64,000 bases of DNA, taken from the NCBI RefSeq assembly GCF_009914755.1, contig NC_060933.1; one strand, 5' to 3'. The notes beneath the pieces are model-generated. The model did not search any database. It had not been told where the DNA came from and was given only the letters and a program-made list of their open reading frames with translations. The DNA comes from the human T2T-CHM13v2.0 reference genome, Homo sapiens. Positions 30,411-45,778 of the stretch are shown here, one piece after another. Positions within the stretch are counted from its first letter, which is position 1, and every line of letters starts with the position of its first letter. The translations under genes and the position numbers were made by a program.

Positions 30411-32635
30411 GATCACCTCACCAAGCAGAAAGGGAATTGACCCTCTGATGGTAAGATGACATGTATGTTCTCATCCTTGAGACTGGAATCAGTGCCTCTG
30501 TGTGGGTTACTTAAACACATTCAGTAGAAGTGGGATTCTGCCATTCAATATTGCTGCCATCTCCTTGGCCATTTGATAAAGTTTATCTCCTATTGCTAAC
30601 GTGGAAGATGAGGATAAAAGTCAACTACCGGTAGGGACTAAGAAAATCAGAAAGTTTGGATTTGGCTGCTGCTATTGAAAGTCTGCTATGTGTCATAAGT
30701 GGGTATGTGACACGTCAGGATGATGTTGGGTTGGGAAAAAGTGCTCTTTCTCTGGTTATAGAAGCCCCTTTACTAAGGCAAAGAAGTGGTGGTGACTGAA
30801 GAGATGGCATTCTGGATCTTCAACAGGGAAAATGCTTGTGTATGTGTGTGTAAGTGTGCGAGACCACTGTAATGTGGAATAAGTAAGAATCTTCAAGACA
30901 GAAATGTCAAACCAGGTCATTGGCAGTGGAAAAAGAAGGCCTTCATGTTTAGGAAAAAATCAGGGGAGAAAAAGGGCTGGAAGAACTGGAGTACTTTTGT
31001 AATACTGCTTTGAGGATAAACAATATTCTATTAAAATACCTAGGACCATGGGTGTATAATCCCATCTATTAGGGAGGAGGAAATTTAAATATAAATGAGA
31101 AGGCTGAAAACGTAGGGTGTTGCCTCACTGTGGTCGTGTGTTGAAATGAAGAGCTGAAACTATGCAACCCTGTGTTTTGTGGAACCAACTGAACTTCTCA
31201 GGGAAACGCACTATATTCCAAACTTTTCTGAACTAAATAAACTGATACAAGTTACTCAAACCTAAGGCTTACAGGTTACTTCCCCTGTGCCCCCACCGAA
31301 CAACCCACACACTTAGAGTTGGGGTTCAGTGGAGATAATTTTTGCTTATAATTAGAAAAAACAACAGATGTTTGAACAGTTTTGCACTGTTTGACAATCT
31401 TTGGAGATGAAAATGGAAAATGAAATTCTTTCATAGCTCTGTTGGGTCATAATTTTTGAAAAGGAACTGATGATATCTCCTTGTATACCTATAATTGTGA
31501 CCTAGAGCATTCTCAGGACTGATCAGGGGATCAATAGTTGCCAGGAATTGCTCAATCAAAATTGCGGTAATTGAAAGCACAAAACAATCCTCTTTATTTA
31601 CCTCTACTAACTTCTGGATTGAGATTTGTCCACACTAGGCTGTCATGATGCATCTACTACTGACTCAAGCATCACATCGGCACATTCTAGCTTATGGATT
31701 TTTCTTTTGATGCTGAAGCAAGTGATTCTTGATTTAAATCTCTAGGACATGGCAAAGACTAAAAACTGAGATAAATTCCTAAAATGATATGAAAAGAAAT
31801 CTAAGATGTTTGAGGTCTTACCAATACCTAATAGTGTTTTAAAACTTAATTAAATTATGCTGACCAAATAAAGATTACACAAAACTGGTAAAGCAGAAAT
31901 ACATGGGTTTTAAAATTCTTCATTCTTTCTGGAAACAAAGAAACATAAAGGCTGAGAAACGGCTAATACATTTTTTCTCTTTTAAAACAGAAGTTAAAAA
32001 TAAATTTTAAAAATTAAAGTAAAAGAGGCAATTTAAGTACCATATTAATTGGCACATTTCTTCCATTATTTCCCAAGATTTCGACTATACAGTGATGATA
32101 TTGAGAGAATTATGTGTTTCTCTATTCTAATATACTTAATCCTCAGCAGACTTCATTATGTATTTCTTCAGAACAGACACTATCACTTTTAAATATTAGG
32201 ACAAAGAGTTGAACAGGAAAAACACCTTGATTGTTTTGCACATTTTTATTCACATAGCAGTGCAGATATTTAACTTATCCTTCTGAGTCATAAGTGTTTG
32301 TATTTAACATTTCATCCGTTTCTGTCATTTCAGCAAATAACTAATACAAGAAAGAACTCCTTATGCATACTTCTAGAAATGTGCACGTTTCTTTTCTTAA
32401 AAATTGTCTGCCAGTAAAGAACTTTTATAACTCTACAACAAAAAGACAAATAACCCAATTAAAAAATAGCAAAGAACTTGAATAAATAGATATTTCTCCA
32501 AAGAAGAGAAACAAATGTCCAAAAAATACATGAAAATATGCTCATTGTCATTAGTCATGGGGAAAAATACAAATGAAAACCACAAGGAGACAGCACTTTA
32601 CACCCACTAGACTGGCCATAAAAAACAAACAACAA

Positions 32636-32877
32636 CGCATGCTCTCACTCATAGGTGGGAATTGAACAATGAGAACACTTGGACACAGGGTGGGGAACAT
32701 TACACACTGGGGCCTGTCATCGGGTGGGGGGAGGAGGGAGGGATAGCATTAGGAGATATACCTAATGTAAATATGAGTTAACGGGTGCAGCACACCAACA
32801 TGGCACATTTATACCTATGTAACAAACCTGCACGTTGTGCACATGTACCCTAGAACTTAAAGTATAATTTAAAAAAA
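32636..32877 (+). mobile_element. Short 5'-truncated L1PA (L1PA4-6-like) 3'UTR
   Basis: ctcactcataggtgggaattgaacaatgag...catgtaccctagaacttaaagtataatttaaaaaaa. Confidence 0.9.
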
Positions 32878-33537
32878 GCAAATGACACAAAACTAAAACA
32901 AAAAATAAGTGTTGGTGAGGATGATGAGAAATTAGAATGCTAATACATTGCTTATGGGAAGGTAAAATGACACAACCACTGTGGAAAAGAGTTTGGTGAT
33001 TCCTCAGTAAATTAAACATATGACCTAGACATTCTACTCATAGGTATATAAACAAAAAATTGAACATAAATGTTCAGACAAAAACCTGTACGTGAATGTT
33101 TATAGCAGCTCTGTTCACAATAGGCAAAAGGCAGAAAGAACCCAAAGGTCCATTAACAGATGAATGGATAAACAAAATGGAGGATATCCATACAATGGTA
33201 TATTTTCAGCTATAAAAAAGAATGAAGTACTAATACATGCCATAACATAGATGAACCTTGAAAACATTATGCTAATAAAAGAAAACAGACACAAAAGGCC
33301 ACATATTATATGGTTCCATTGATATGAAATATCCCAAACAGGCAAAACCGTAGAGACATAAAGGGAATTAATGGTTGCTTGGGGCTCGGGGGCAGTGAGA
33401 ATGTGGAGAGACTAATGTGGGTATGTGGTTTCCGCCTCCGGTGATGAAAATATTCTGGAACCAGATAGTGGTGGTGGTTGCCTAACATGGTGAATGTAGT
33501 TAATGCTGCTGAATTGTTTTTTATTTGTAGCCATTTT

Positions 33538-33867
<330 letters not shown>

Positions 33868-34289
33868 TAAATTTTATGTTGTGTATTTTGTGTATTTTGC
33901 TCCAATAAAGACAAAATTTAAAAAAATGCCTAGTCAAAGAGTCAGGATATTATCCTTTTGGGAGGTCACATATACATATTTATACCACTGCTTTTCAAAA
34001 GGATCTTTTTATGATCAGGTGAAATGATGTCCTTTTGAGTGAATGACATACAGCAATTAAAAATGTGCATTAATACTGATTTGGGGCCAAACACGTAACT
34101 TATGTGGTTAGACTTCCCAGTCTTAAGTCTAGTGAAATCTCACAGACTATCAAGACCAAATGTTGTATTTCAAGTCACAGGTGTGGAGACAGGGTAGCGA
34201 TCAAAGTACAGGTTTTCAGAGTTAAGTGGAATTCAGTGAATTCAAAGCCTAGCTTTTCTGATACCAGACATGGCACTTCAGAGAAGTTA

Positions 34290-34436
34290 CAGTAACCTTG
34301 CAAGTCTGTTTCCTCACTAGTAAAAATGGAGATATATAATAATCTAATTGAAGGTGACATATGTATTAAGTGAGTTCATATATGAAAAGTGCTTAGCACT
34401 GGACTCAGCATATGGTAAATGTTCAGTAGGTTAGCT
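34290..34436 (+). mobile_element. MIR fragment
   Basis: ctgtttcctcactagtaaaaatggagat...gtattaagtgag...aaagtgcttagcact...catatggtaaatgttca. Confidence 0.7.
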
Positions 34437-35459
34437 AGTTCTAAGACAGGCTTATAAACATACTTTTTCTAATGTACTCTTTAATAAGTTTTTGTGAGGA
34501 ATTCACCTTCAGTTTGAAAGAAGTCCACTTATCTTGGTTGCCTTGGCAGGATTCTAATTGGGAGGGTGTCTTTTGGCATCCTGACTAGATTCTCATGCAG
34601 AGATGGTGATATTTTGGTTAAATGAAGTTAACAGTAAAGTGGTCATCTCTCTACTTCTGCTCTCAACCCCCATCTCAGCTTTCCCCAAGTATTCTGGAAC
34701 CCTTTCTGAAGAAGAGGGCAGTTCTAACTTTCAGGGATGTTCTGGTGCCAGCTCAATATGCATCTCATTAATCTTATCAATAGTAACAAAGTATTTGAAG
34801 GGCAAAGAAAGATACGATTACTACCTATTTGAAGTTTATAAAGAAAGCCAGAAGAAAAAGAAAAAAAAGAGAACAAAAGATAAAGTAGGTCTTGTTTCTT
34901 CATCCACGCTCCAAATTACTGATTTCAAACTGCTCCAAGGACCCAAACTGTTCAGCAATGTGGGCTACACTTCCTCTGATATCCAGCCAACGCATAAAGA
35001 AGCTGACATAAAAACTCAAAGGAAATCATGACTCCTGCAAAACAAAAGACAAAGGGTGTACAAAGGATCATCATTCAAGTTGGAAACCTGCTTGATAGTC
35101 CCAGATCAGCACAAGGCTTTCCACATCTCCTTGACATTAGTCAGCTGGATGTCAGCTGTACTAAAGCAGTTTTGCCAAGGGGTGTGAAGAAAACACTTAA
35201 GTGTAAAACGTATTCCTTGATCCTCAAGGAGCTTACAACAGGGCTGGGGAGATTAGCCGTGTAACTGACACTCCAGGGCGGTCAATGAAACGTGTCACAC
35301 GAGTTGGCAGGGGCCTTGAAGGAGAGGGATTTCACAGTTAAGGATCATTTGGGGCTGGGGGCTTGTCAAGGAAGGCTTTAAGAGGTGGGATGTAAGTGGC
35401 AGGCAGGGCTTTAGGTGGGCGGGAAATCCAGGCGATCCTGGCCAAGGACTCAGGCACAG

Positions 35460-36400
35460 GACGCTGGGATGGCCTGCCCGGCGGACCGGCCTTACCCTTT
35501 CGGGCCACGGCGCGTGCGTACCCCAAGGCTCGCGCTGGGCGCATTGCCCGCGGGAAGCCGGCCAGGACCAGAGAACACGGGACACCGCGGGCCAAGGCGG
35601 GAAAAGCCTCGCGCATGCGCGGTTCGGCGTTCCGGGCTCGCCGGGTTGGGGAAAGGGAGGTGGAGTTTCCAACAGGGAACTTGACCCGTTAGCAGCCGCA
35701 GCCATGGCGGCGCGTTCGCCTCCCTCACCGCACCCTTCGCCCCCAGCGCGACAGCTGGGCCCCAGGTCCCCACGTGTTGGGCGGGGAGCTGAAGTACACG
35801 CAATGCGCAGCGAGGCCTCGGGTTTTGCCGGCGCAGCGCGGGAGGTGGTCGCGGACGAAAGTGATAAAATCTGGGTGGGTGAAGAAGGGTCAGGGGGCCG
35901 GCGAGGGCCTGGGGGGGCAGCTCCGGCTCATGCTCCCCTCCTCAGCGCGCCCATGGGGTCCAGACGGCTAGAGGGCATCTCGGTAGAGGAGGCGATGGTG
36001 ACCCGGACGCAGCTGCTGGAGGAAGAGCTGAGCAGCCTAAAGGAGGAGTTGGCCCTGTGTCAGGTATCGAGGAGTCTCGCAGTCCCCCTTTCCCCACCAC
36101 AGCGGGGCCGGGACCCGTGGGGAGGCGCGCCTTTCTCCCTCTGCCTTGGGACCTACCCCGCCCAGCGACGCTCCCTGGCAGATGCACACCCTGCTTCGCT
36201 CGCGGCCGGGGGCTGGAGGGACGCGGCTGCGCCCGGCTCCCCAAACCCGGGCCCCTGCCCCTTTCCGAACTGCGGCCAGACAGGCTTCGCCTCCGCGCCC
36301 GGGTTTGGTTTTGGTCACTTGGATACTCGCAGTCGCATCCTCTCCGCTTCCCCCCCAAGCCCAAGTTCTTGGTGGTGACGGTAGCTGATACCTGCCGGGG
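35460..36400. promoter_or_regulatory. CNTLN: CpG island / CNTLN promoter and first exon
   Basis: Abrupt GC- and CpG-rich block in an AT-rich background, no TATA box. NRF1 palindrome CGCGCATGCGCG (35610-35621); E2F-type GGCGGGAAA (35418-35426, 35596-35604); YY1-like ATGGCGGC over the start codon. Confidence 0.92.
35704..36063 (+). CDS. CNTLN: Centlein (centrosomal coiled-coil protein), coding exon 1, 120 aa
   Basis: Strong Kozak gccATGG; MAARSPPSPHPSPPARQLGPRSPRVGRG...TQLLEEELSSLKEELALCQ recognised as the centlein N-terminus; donor CAG|gtatcg, phase 0, joins exon 2 in frame. Confidence 0.96.
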
Positions 36401-36950
36401 GCCCAGGAGTGACATGCAGTCCACTAGTTGAAATGAACAGGAAAGTGTAAACACTTCGGTTAGAGTAAAATCCATCGATGAAGGAGCCTGTTTTTAAAAT
36501 TTCAAACCCACACTTGGCTTTGTTTTTACCCAGTCAAACTTAAGTTGTAAACACAGACGAGTAACGTTTAGAAAGTCTCAGAGCCGGGAACTTAACAATA
36601 GATGATGCTTGGTACTTGTTTATTAACCAGCTATGGTAATTCCGCGGTCCTTGAGTGAGAAATCACATTTTCATGTGATCTTGCCAGTGAAAAACATTTG
36701 CTAAATCAATTGCATTAAAATTACTTTCCTGTTTGTAGAGTTTTTGTAAGGATGGACTTGACTATACTCATGTTCAAAGAGATTGAATTTTCCTTTAGTT
36801 TTGCATCCTTACCATCATCTCTTTTGATTTTACCAGAACCTTTAGATAGGGTTGGGAGATTGGATGTGGGAAACTCACTGAACAGTAGATCTTTAAGTCA
36901 CTCTGTCTTCAACTTAGAAACCAATTAGGAGCTGCTGAACATCAAAGTAA

Positions 36951-37243
<293 letters not shown>

Positions 37244-39717
37244 GAAATTCATTCTCTCATAGTTTGTTCTGTTGGATTCTTTTGCCCATTTTATAGGTCC
37301 TTGCTGACTGAGTGAAGGGTGTAAAAATGGGACCATCTTCAAATTGAATGTGCCTTTGGTTAAACAAGGTTGGGACATTTAATATGGTGCCCTCTTTTCG
37401 TTTTACCATTTTTCTGTTCTTCGTTGGATAAGGAGCAAAGGGATAAATAAATGACAACAATGAATTGAAGCATTTGTCATCTGCAGACCTCACCCTTTGG
37501 GGAGTTTTAAGATGTGAACCCATGATAAAGGCCTTTGATACTCTGAGTCCTAATCTAAGACACTCTTTGGCATATTTTCCGCACTCTTTCCTCCCACTTC
37601 TGCCTCCCCACATAGTTAGGCCTTTAGCTGGCTAAAGAGCTAAGATACTTTTTTATGACCGACTTGGTTAAGGAAGTCAGTCTATTGGAAACAGCCTGAT
37701 GAACCTCTTCCCACAAATACTTACATTCTTTAAAAATGTGGCTCCAAACATGGTGTTGGCTTTTGTGACCTCGGACATATATAGACTAGGAAAATGATTG
37801 ACATACTCTTGGCAAATGTAAGAATACAGAGATGGTCATAATAGTCTAGAATGATGATCTCTTAGATTTTGTAATATTAATACTCTTATATAATTGTAGG
37901 CAGTATCCCGCACCATAAAAATCTTAGTCAAATCAGACTCCTGCTCTTCGGGAATCTTGGGGAAAAATAGTAATTGAACTCCCAATTGTTTTGTAAAAAG
38001 CATTTAGGTGATTAAATATTCACTTTTATATCTTTTAAAGTATACTCTCCCGCTTATTTATTCAGCTAGAGATCACAGTACCCAAGAATACATAGCATTA
38101 AAACTGCTGAAAATTACAACTCGAAGTAAAATTTTGTATCTCAATCTAGTAAGTACACACATATACAAACATATATTTTCAGAAAGAATACATGCCCTAA
38201 TACTGTGTGGGCTGATATTTTTTCAGTTCTATTCCTTTAAAAAATGCTGTCCAGATCTAAATTAATTTCAGAACCCAACAAGGCTTGAAACATACAGTTT
38301 AGGAAAAAGAACACTGCTAATTAGTCCATGGTCATAAGTAGTAGCTTCATTTAATTTGTTTTGCTTTCACATTCAACTTATGGGAATTCAGTGATGTGTG
38401 CTTGGTGAAGTTTGAGTAATTCCCCATACCATTCTACATCATTGGAATGCCTCAGAATAAGCATGTAATAGAAAGCAATCAAATGTTTCTCTTAATATCA
38501 GCATCTCATCCCACTCTAAGTGATTGTATTATCTAATTAAACTTTAAAAAAATATGGCCCCCTGATTAGCAACTGAACTATAAATAATGCTTATATGAAG
38601 AAAAAGTGATTAATTTCAATGAGGGAAGAAAAGCTATCTGTATTGGACTTACTGAGGGTAGTAGGTAAGCTTCCAAATGTAGCTTTTTCCTAAGGAATTT
38701 TTCAAGGGTGTTCCAAAGGGTAATTTTGCATCCATGGCATTTAATGCCCTATTTCACTAATTTAGAACCTAACTCCACTACACTTTTAATTTTGATTATA
38801 TATTTCAAGAATGTGTTCTGTTTGTGATAAAGGATGCTGGGGCATGTGTATTTGTACATTTATCACCATTTATAGAGTGAGATGAGAAAAAAGTGTTATG
38901 TTTACATAGAAAGAGTAATATGTTTATATAGCATTTATAAAGCTTATTTTTTGGTATCAGGCAAAAATATTGACTAAACCTATAAGCCAGTTTTAGGAAA
39001 AAAATTAGGGTATTTAAATGAAATATGAAATTAGTTTCATCATTAAAGCTCATCCACTTTAATGATGAAACCAACTTTTGAAGCAGGCGATGTTGGAATT
39101 GTATGTGATCAGAGAAGTCAGCCAGTTATATTTTATGTTAGAAATTTAGATGTGTTAAAACTTCATTTATTCACAAAGAAAAACAAATTTGAGAACTTAC
39201 TGTGTAATTCCACCAGTTGTTTGTAGCTGTATTCTACTTGGCGAGTCTTTTTGTGAAATTATTTTTCATGCTAATAATTTACTAAGTGGCTACCTGGTGC
39301 CATATTTTGTAAGTAAACTCTTGACATCCTTTGCCCTGAGCTCTGATGACCAAATATTTGTTTAGATTTAGGAAACAGTTTCAAGTGTTTGTTGAGTTCA
39401 TTCCTCCAGTAGAGGTCAATTGAGGGCTTAATATATTGCCAACACTAAATTATTTTTTGTGGGACTAGGTACCCAGTGAAAAATGGCAATTTGGGGTGTC
39501 TGTGTTTGTATAGATGGTATCTATTTCCAGGTCAGTTGATGAAAGACAAAACCAATCCACCTCCAGGGAAATTTAGACCTAGTATTTAGTATTTAGTCAA
39601 CTGTTTCATAGCCCAAGTTTAATAAACTTTGTGAAAATGATTAGGAATTTTTATTTTTAATTTTTAAAAATTATTATTTGATTCTGTTTGGAAGTTCTAT
39701 AGTGAGAAAAAAGAATT

Positions 39718-40632
<915 letters not shown>

Positions 40633-41083
40633 AAGGTTTTTATTTTTGTTATTTAAAAAGAACATCTTTAAGTGCCTGAAGGAAGGGAAAATATAAAGAG
40701 AATATGAGTGATTGATAATAGTTTCCTTGTATTAATGTCTGGAACAGTTTGGAAACTAGTTCTGTGTTTTTTCGGGGGGGGACTTTATTTTTTGTATATG
40801 AAAGTTTTTTTAGTAATTCTAGGTGTAATCCAAATTGACCATAGTATAGCATTTAAATAACTGAAAAACTCACAAAATTCATATATAACATAGTTCCACA
40901 ATCCATTTGTAACATTTTATTGTTCACAAAAGAATTTACTGTTTTTCATATCACCAGACTTACTGTACAGCATGGTGTTATAGTTAATAACAATAGATTG
41001 TGCACTTGAAAATTACTAAGAGAATAGATTTTAAGTGCTCTCATCACAAAAAAATGGTGGGTGTATGAGGTAATGGTTATGTT

Positions 41084-41376
41084 TTTTTCTTTGTTTTTTG
41101 AGATAGGGTCTTGGTCTATTGCCCAGGCTGTATGGTTTCATGATCATGGCTCATTCTAGCCTTGACCTCCCGGGCTCAGCAATCGTCCCACCCTCAGTCT
41201 CCTGAGTAGCTGGAACTACAGGCGTATTCCACTATGGCTAGCTAATTTTTAAGTTTTTTGTGGCGATGGGGGTCTCACTATGTTGCCCAGGCCAGTCTCA
41301 AACTCCTGGGCTCAGATGATCCCCTCCCATCTTGGCCTCCCAAAGTGATTACAGATGTGACCCACTGTGCTCGCCC
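41084..41376 (-). mobile_element. AluJ inserted in an L1MA 3' end (~40960-41490, +)
   Basis: TSD taatggttatgtt; host has gagaatagattttaagtgctctcatcacaaaaaaa. Confidence 0.88.
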
Positions 41377-42247
41377 TAATGGTTATGTTAATTAGCTTGA
41401 TTTAACCATTCTAAAATGTATACATAAAACATTATGTTGTATGCCATAAATATATGCAATTTTTATTTGTTGATTAAAAAATATTAAAAAACAAAAATTC
41501 CAGAAGAAGAAATGGGTAAATATATTTCTAATCTTGGAATAGAGAAGGCTTTTCTAACTGGTACATAAAATCCATAAGCCATAATTGAAAAGATGGATAC
41601 ATTTGAGTATGTAAAATTAATAACTTGCTTTTTCAAAAAAATCATCATAAATAAGCAGCAACAGACTGGGAAGAATATTTCTAACAATGGGTAGACACAA
41701 GTCTAATTTTAAGATTTCCTTTAAGTTTCCAACAGCACTTATATTTCATTGACAGAACTTAGTCATATAACCCATAAGGCAAGGGAGGTTGGTCTGTTAC
41801 TTGGGCAGAATTGTTTCTGTAACTAAAAAGAGAGAATGGATGACGGAGACAGAAATTGAGATATCTGCCACACAAGTAAAACCAAATCACTAAACATACA
41901 GGATTATTAAATGAAATGTGCTGTGAAAAAAAATTGTAACTGGAAAAGGGGTTGCTAGAGACTTGGGGTTTTGGTGGCTGTGATAGTAGTCAGGGGAGAA
42001 TTCACTTGAGATATTATTTAAGAAAAGGCTTGAATGAAGTGAGGGAATACTCTATGTGAAAGTGTGATGGATGATGCAGTATGTGCATTGGCCCTGGTTC
42101 AAGTAGAGCAAGTAGAGTAAGAAAGTCTGTGTGAACAAGGAGGAAAGTGACAGATGAGGTTGGGGAGGTGTATATGGGCCAGGCCATATGGAGTCTTGTA
42201 GCCTTGACACAGAGTTTGGATTAGTTTCCTAATTTAATGGAAACTCA

Positions 42248-42763
<516 letters not shown>

Positions 42764-42776
42764 CTAAGTTTTAGAT

Positions 42777-43004
42777 CAACCTAACCCTAACACCCGGCTC
42801 ATAGGTGGGCCGCATGCAGCCCAGGATGGCTTTGAATGCGGCCTAACACAAATTCTTAAACTTTCTTAAAACATTATGAGATTTATTTTGCAATTTTTTT
42901 TAGCTCATTAACTATTGTTAGTGTTAGTGTATTTTATATATGGCCTAAGATAATAATTCTTCTTCCACTGTGGCCCAGGGAAGCCAAAAGATTGGACACC
43001 ACTG
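42777..43004 (-). mobile_element. MER30 (hAT-Charlie MITE)
   Basis: gggccgcatgcagcccaggatggctttgaatgcggcc...ggcccagggaagccaaaagattggacacc; perfect 8-bp TSD ttttagat (42769-42776, 43005-43012). Confidence 0.9.
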
Positions 43005-43274
43005 TTTTAGATCTTTGAATAAATGAATAGATGGCAGTATCAATTTCTGGGAGGGAGAGGGGCAGATTTGTGAGAGGGTAAGGAACCAATAATTTTTTTT
43101 TGAACAAGTTAAATTTAAGATATCTATTAGATTTTCAAGTGGAATTATTGAATATGCAGTTGGAGATGTAAGTCTGGACCTAAGAGTAGAGGAAATGGCT
43201 CTAGATAGAAATGTGCGAGTCTCAGTGTAGAGTTGGTACTTAAAATCATGGGCCTGATATGAGGTCACCTAGGG

Positions 43275-43437
43275 CAGTGGTTCTCAACCCAGAGTGCACA
43301 GATTCACTCGAGGCACTTTTAAAACATACTGATGCTTGGCTCTAACCTAAGGCCAATTAATCAGAATCTCTAATTCATCCCTATTTTTTAAAAGCTCCTC
43401 AAAAGAGATACCTGTCAGCCAAGGTTAATAACAACTA
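43275..43437. mobile_element. MER5-type MITE
   Basis: cagtggttctcaaccc...ccaattaatcagaatctct...aaaagctcc...gccaaggttaataacaact. Confidence 0.65.
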
Positions 43438-43925
43438 ACCTAGGTAATAAGGACTGAAACTACCCATTGTCCTTTGGATTTGGCAATATAGAGGACCTTG
43501 AATAATGATTTTAGCATAATGGTGGTTAGGAAAATCTTACTAGGAAGCATTATAGAGTGAATGGGAGATAGGAAACAGACATAGTAATTACAGGCAACTC
43601 TTTCAAGGAGTTTTGATAAAAGCGGAGCTGAAAATGGGGCAGCAGGGAGGGAAGTTTCCTTTTAGAGCAAGTTTAACTAGATATTTAGCATTTCAACAGT
43701 TGCATCCCAAAATATAGGTGATAGAAATAGTAAAAGTGAATATGGATTATCTGTGTAATAACTTTTTAAAATAAAGTTTTACCCCATTCCTTTAAAGAGA
43801 ATCAGTTGATGTAGTTATACAACTAGGGATCAAGTAATTGTTTTTTCATTTTAAAATTTAATGTAGTATCTTATTTCACTACCACTACAAAGCAATGCAT
43901 CTAAATTCTCTTTTATTTCTTTAAG

Positions 43926-44014
43926 GCTGATAAAGAATTTGTATGGTCTTTGTGGAAACGTCTCCAGGTTACAAACCCAGATCTCACACAAGTGGTCAGT
44001 TTGGTTGTGGAAAG
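43926..44014 (+). CDS. CNTLN: Centlein coding exon 2 (89 nt; ADKEFVWSLWKRLQVTNPDLTQVVSLVVE+R)
   Basis: Acceptor ttctcttttatttctttaag|GCT, donor AAG|gtgagc; open frame continuing exon 1; too short for the ORF track; ends in phase 2. Confidence 0.95.
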
Positions 44015-45449
44015 GTGAGCTCTCAAATTATTTTTTCATGAGTATTTGGTGTGTTGAGTTTGTTTCTCTTCATTATTAAAGTTAGTACTTATCATTAATC
44101 TCCTAAAGAGATTCATTTAATTTCTGAATAAATGTGGAGCTAAAAATTAAATTGTTGGATTTATTATGAAGGGTGCCAGTTCACCAAGTACAGGTATGCC
44201 CTGTTCCTGTTCATATTCTGACATATTTGGAGAGTGTGTAGCTAAGAGATAAAACTATGTCTTAAATACTGTGTGTGTGTGTGTCTTGAGCTGTTACAGT
44301 TCAACCTTAAAAGTTGGCGAAGTCCCTGTTGTTTGACTTTTTACTCCATGGACTGCCTCTATAGGGAACTTACTAGACGTGACTCAGTTTTCCCCTTAGA
44401 TAATTGCAGTGTGTAATTGAAAGCCGGGGATGACCTTGCCAGTGTAGAGTAAGTGTTCTGGAATAGGTTAAAGGATTTTACTTAGCACTCCATATTATCC
44501 TGTAGGAACTGCCCAGTCATTTAACTGTAGATTGTTGGGCCTCTCCTTGGTTATTAGAAACAGTGGAATGATGCTGGGTTCTCTCTATCAAACATTTGGT
44601 ATACAGTATTCCCATGACACTTAGCACAGCAATGAAAACACTTGCTTTCTTAGTAAATGGATTTCATTATACTTTTTAAATGAGAAGCTAAGCATATGGA
44701 TACCTTTTCCTTTTTTAAAAATTGGAATCATGATCCTAAAATCTGAATATCATTTTTTATTACTTGAATTATATTCACCCTTGTAGTCTCTAGTCCTGGG
44801 ATCATTCCAGCGTTGTCTGAGATTTGACTTGTTAAAAATCTGTGATACATGCCTGAGTATGTCTAATTTTACCATCTTTGGTTATTATGAACACTTAAAA
44901 TAGTATAATCAGTTTCTTCTCATGTTGCTTGTACGTCTAATTCATCAATCATTTTTTTCCTTCTGATGATCAGAATTAAGTCTTTTGTTGAAGTACCCTT
45001 GTTACTTCCTCAATCATTTTTGAGATGAAATGTGATCACTCTCAGACTCCCTCTGTTTTTTTAGTAGAATAAGCCTTCTAGAGAAGCCTTGGGACTTCAA
45101 TTGTCATTTCCGTGATTCTTTATTCTCCTCTCCTTTTATTTGTTATTTTTTAAAACTTTCTAAACCTATCCATAATTTTTACTTTTCTCTTGGTTAAACA
45201 GAAGCAGATATTAAATTATTGTTAGGTCATTTTCCTCATTCTTTACAATGTCTGTTTTTCATATTTATAATATACAGAGTATATATTCATATAACATAAA
45301 ATTTATAAATAAATGTACGTATGTATATTAGACGTAGGTGTTCAAAAGTCTTTTGTTGATAAGGTGTAATGAGAAATTTTGGAGATTACTGCTTTATAAC
45401 TATGACTGTCAAAATTTAGTGTGCACAAGTTATACTTGGAGAATTTATT

Positions 45450-45778
<329 letters not shown>

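Noticed and set aside
34603-35264. Tandem 142-aa and 78-aa + strand ORFs upstream of CNTLN
   Set aside because: No homology, poly-Lys comes from an A-tract, and they lie upstream of the CpG-island TSS.
35704-36378. 224-aa ORF as a complete single-exon gene
   Set aside because: Only the first 120 codons are centlein; the frame splices at 36063 to exon 2. The rest is intron read-through (kept only as a speculative finding).
35295-36475. Many overlapping ORFs on both strands
   Set aside because: Expected from stop-codon scarcity in a CpG island; Pro/Gly/Arg-rich with no recognisable domain.
42777-42792. Telomere-like cctaaccctaac at the MER30 end
   Set aside because: Fewer than two full units; cannot be distinguished from chance or decay of the terminal repeat.
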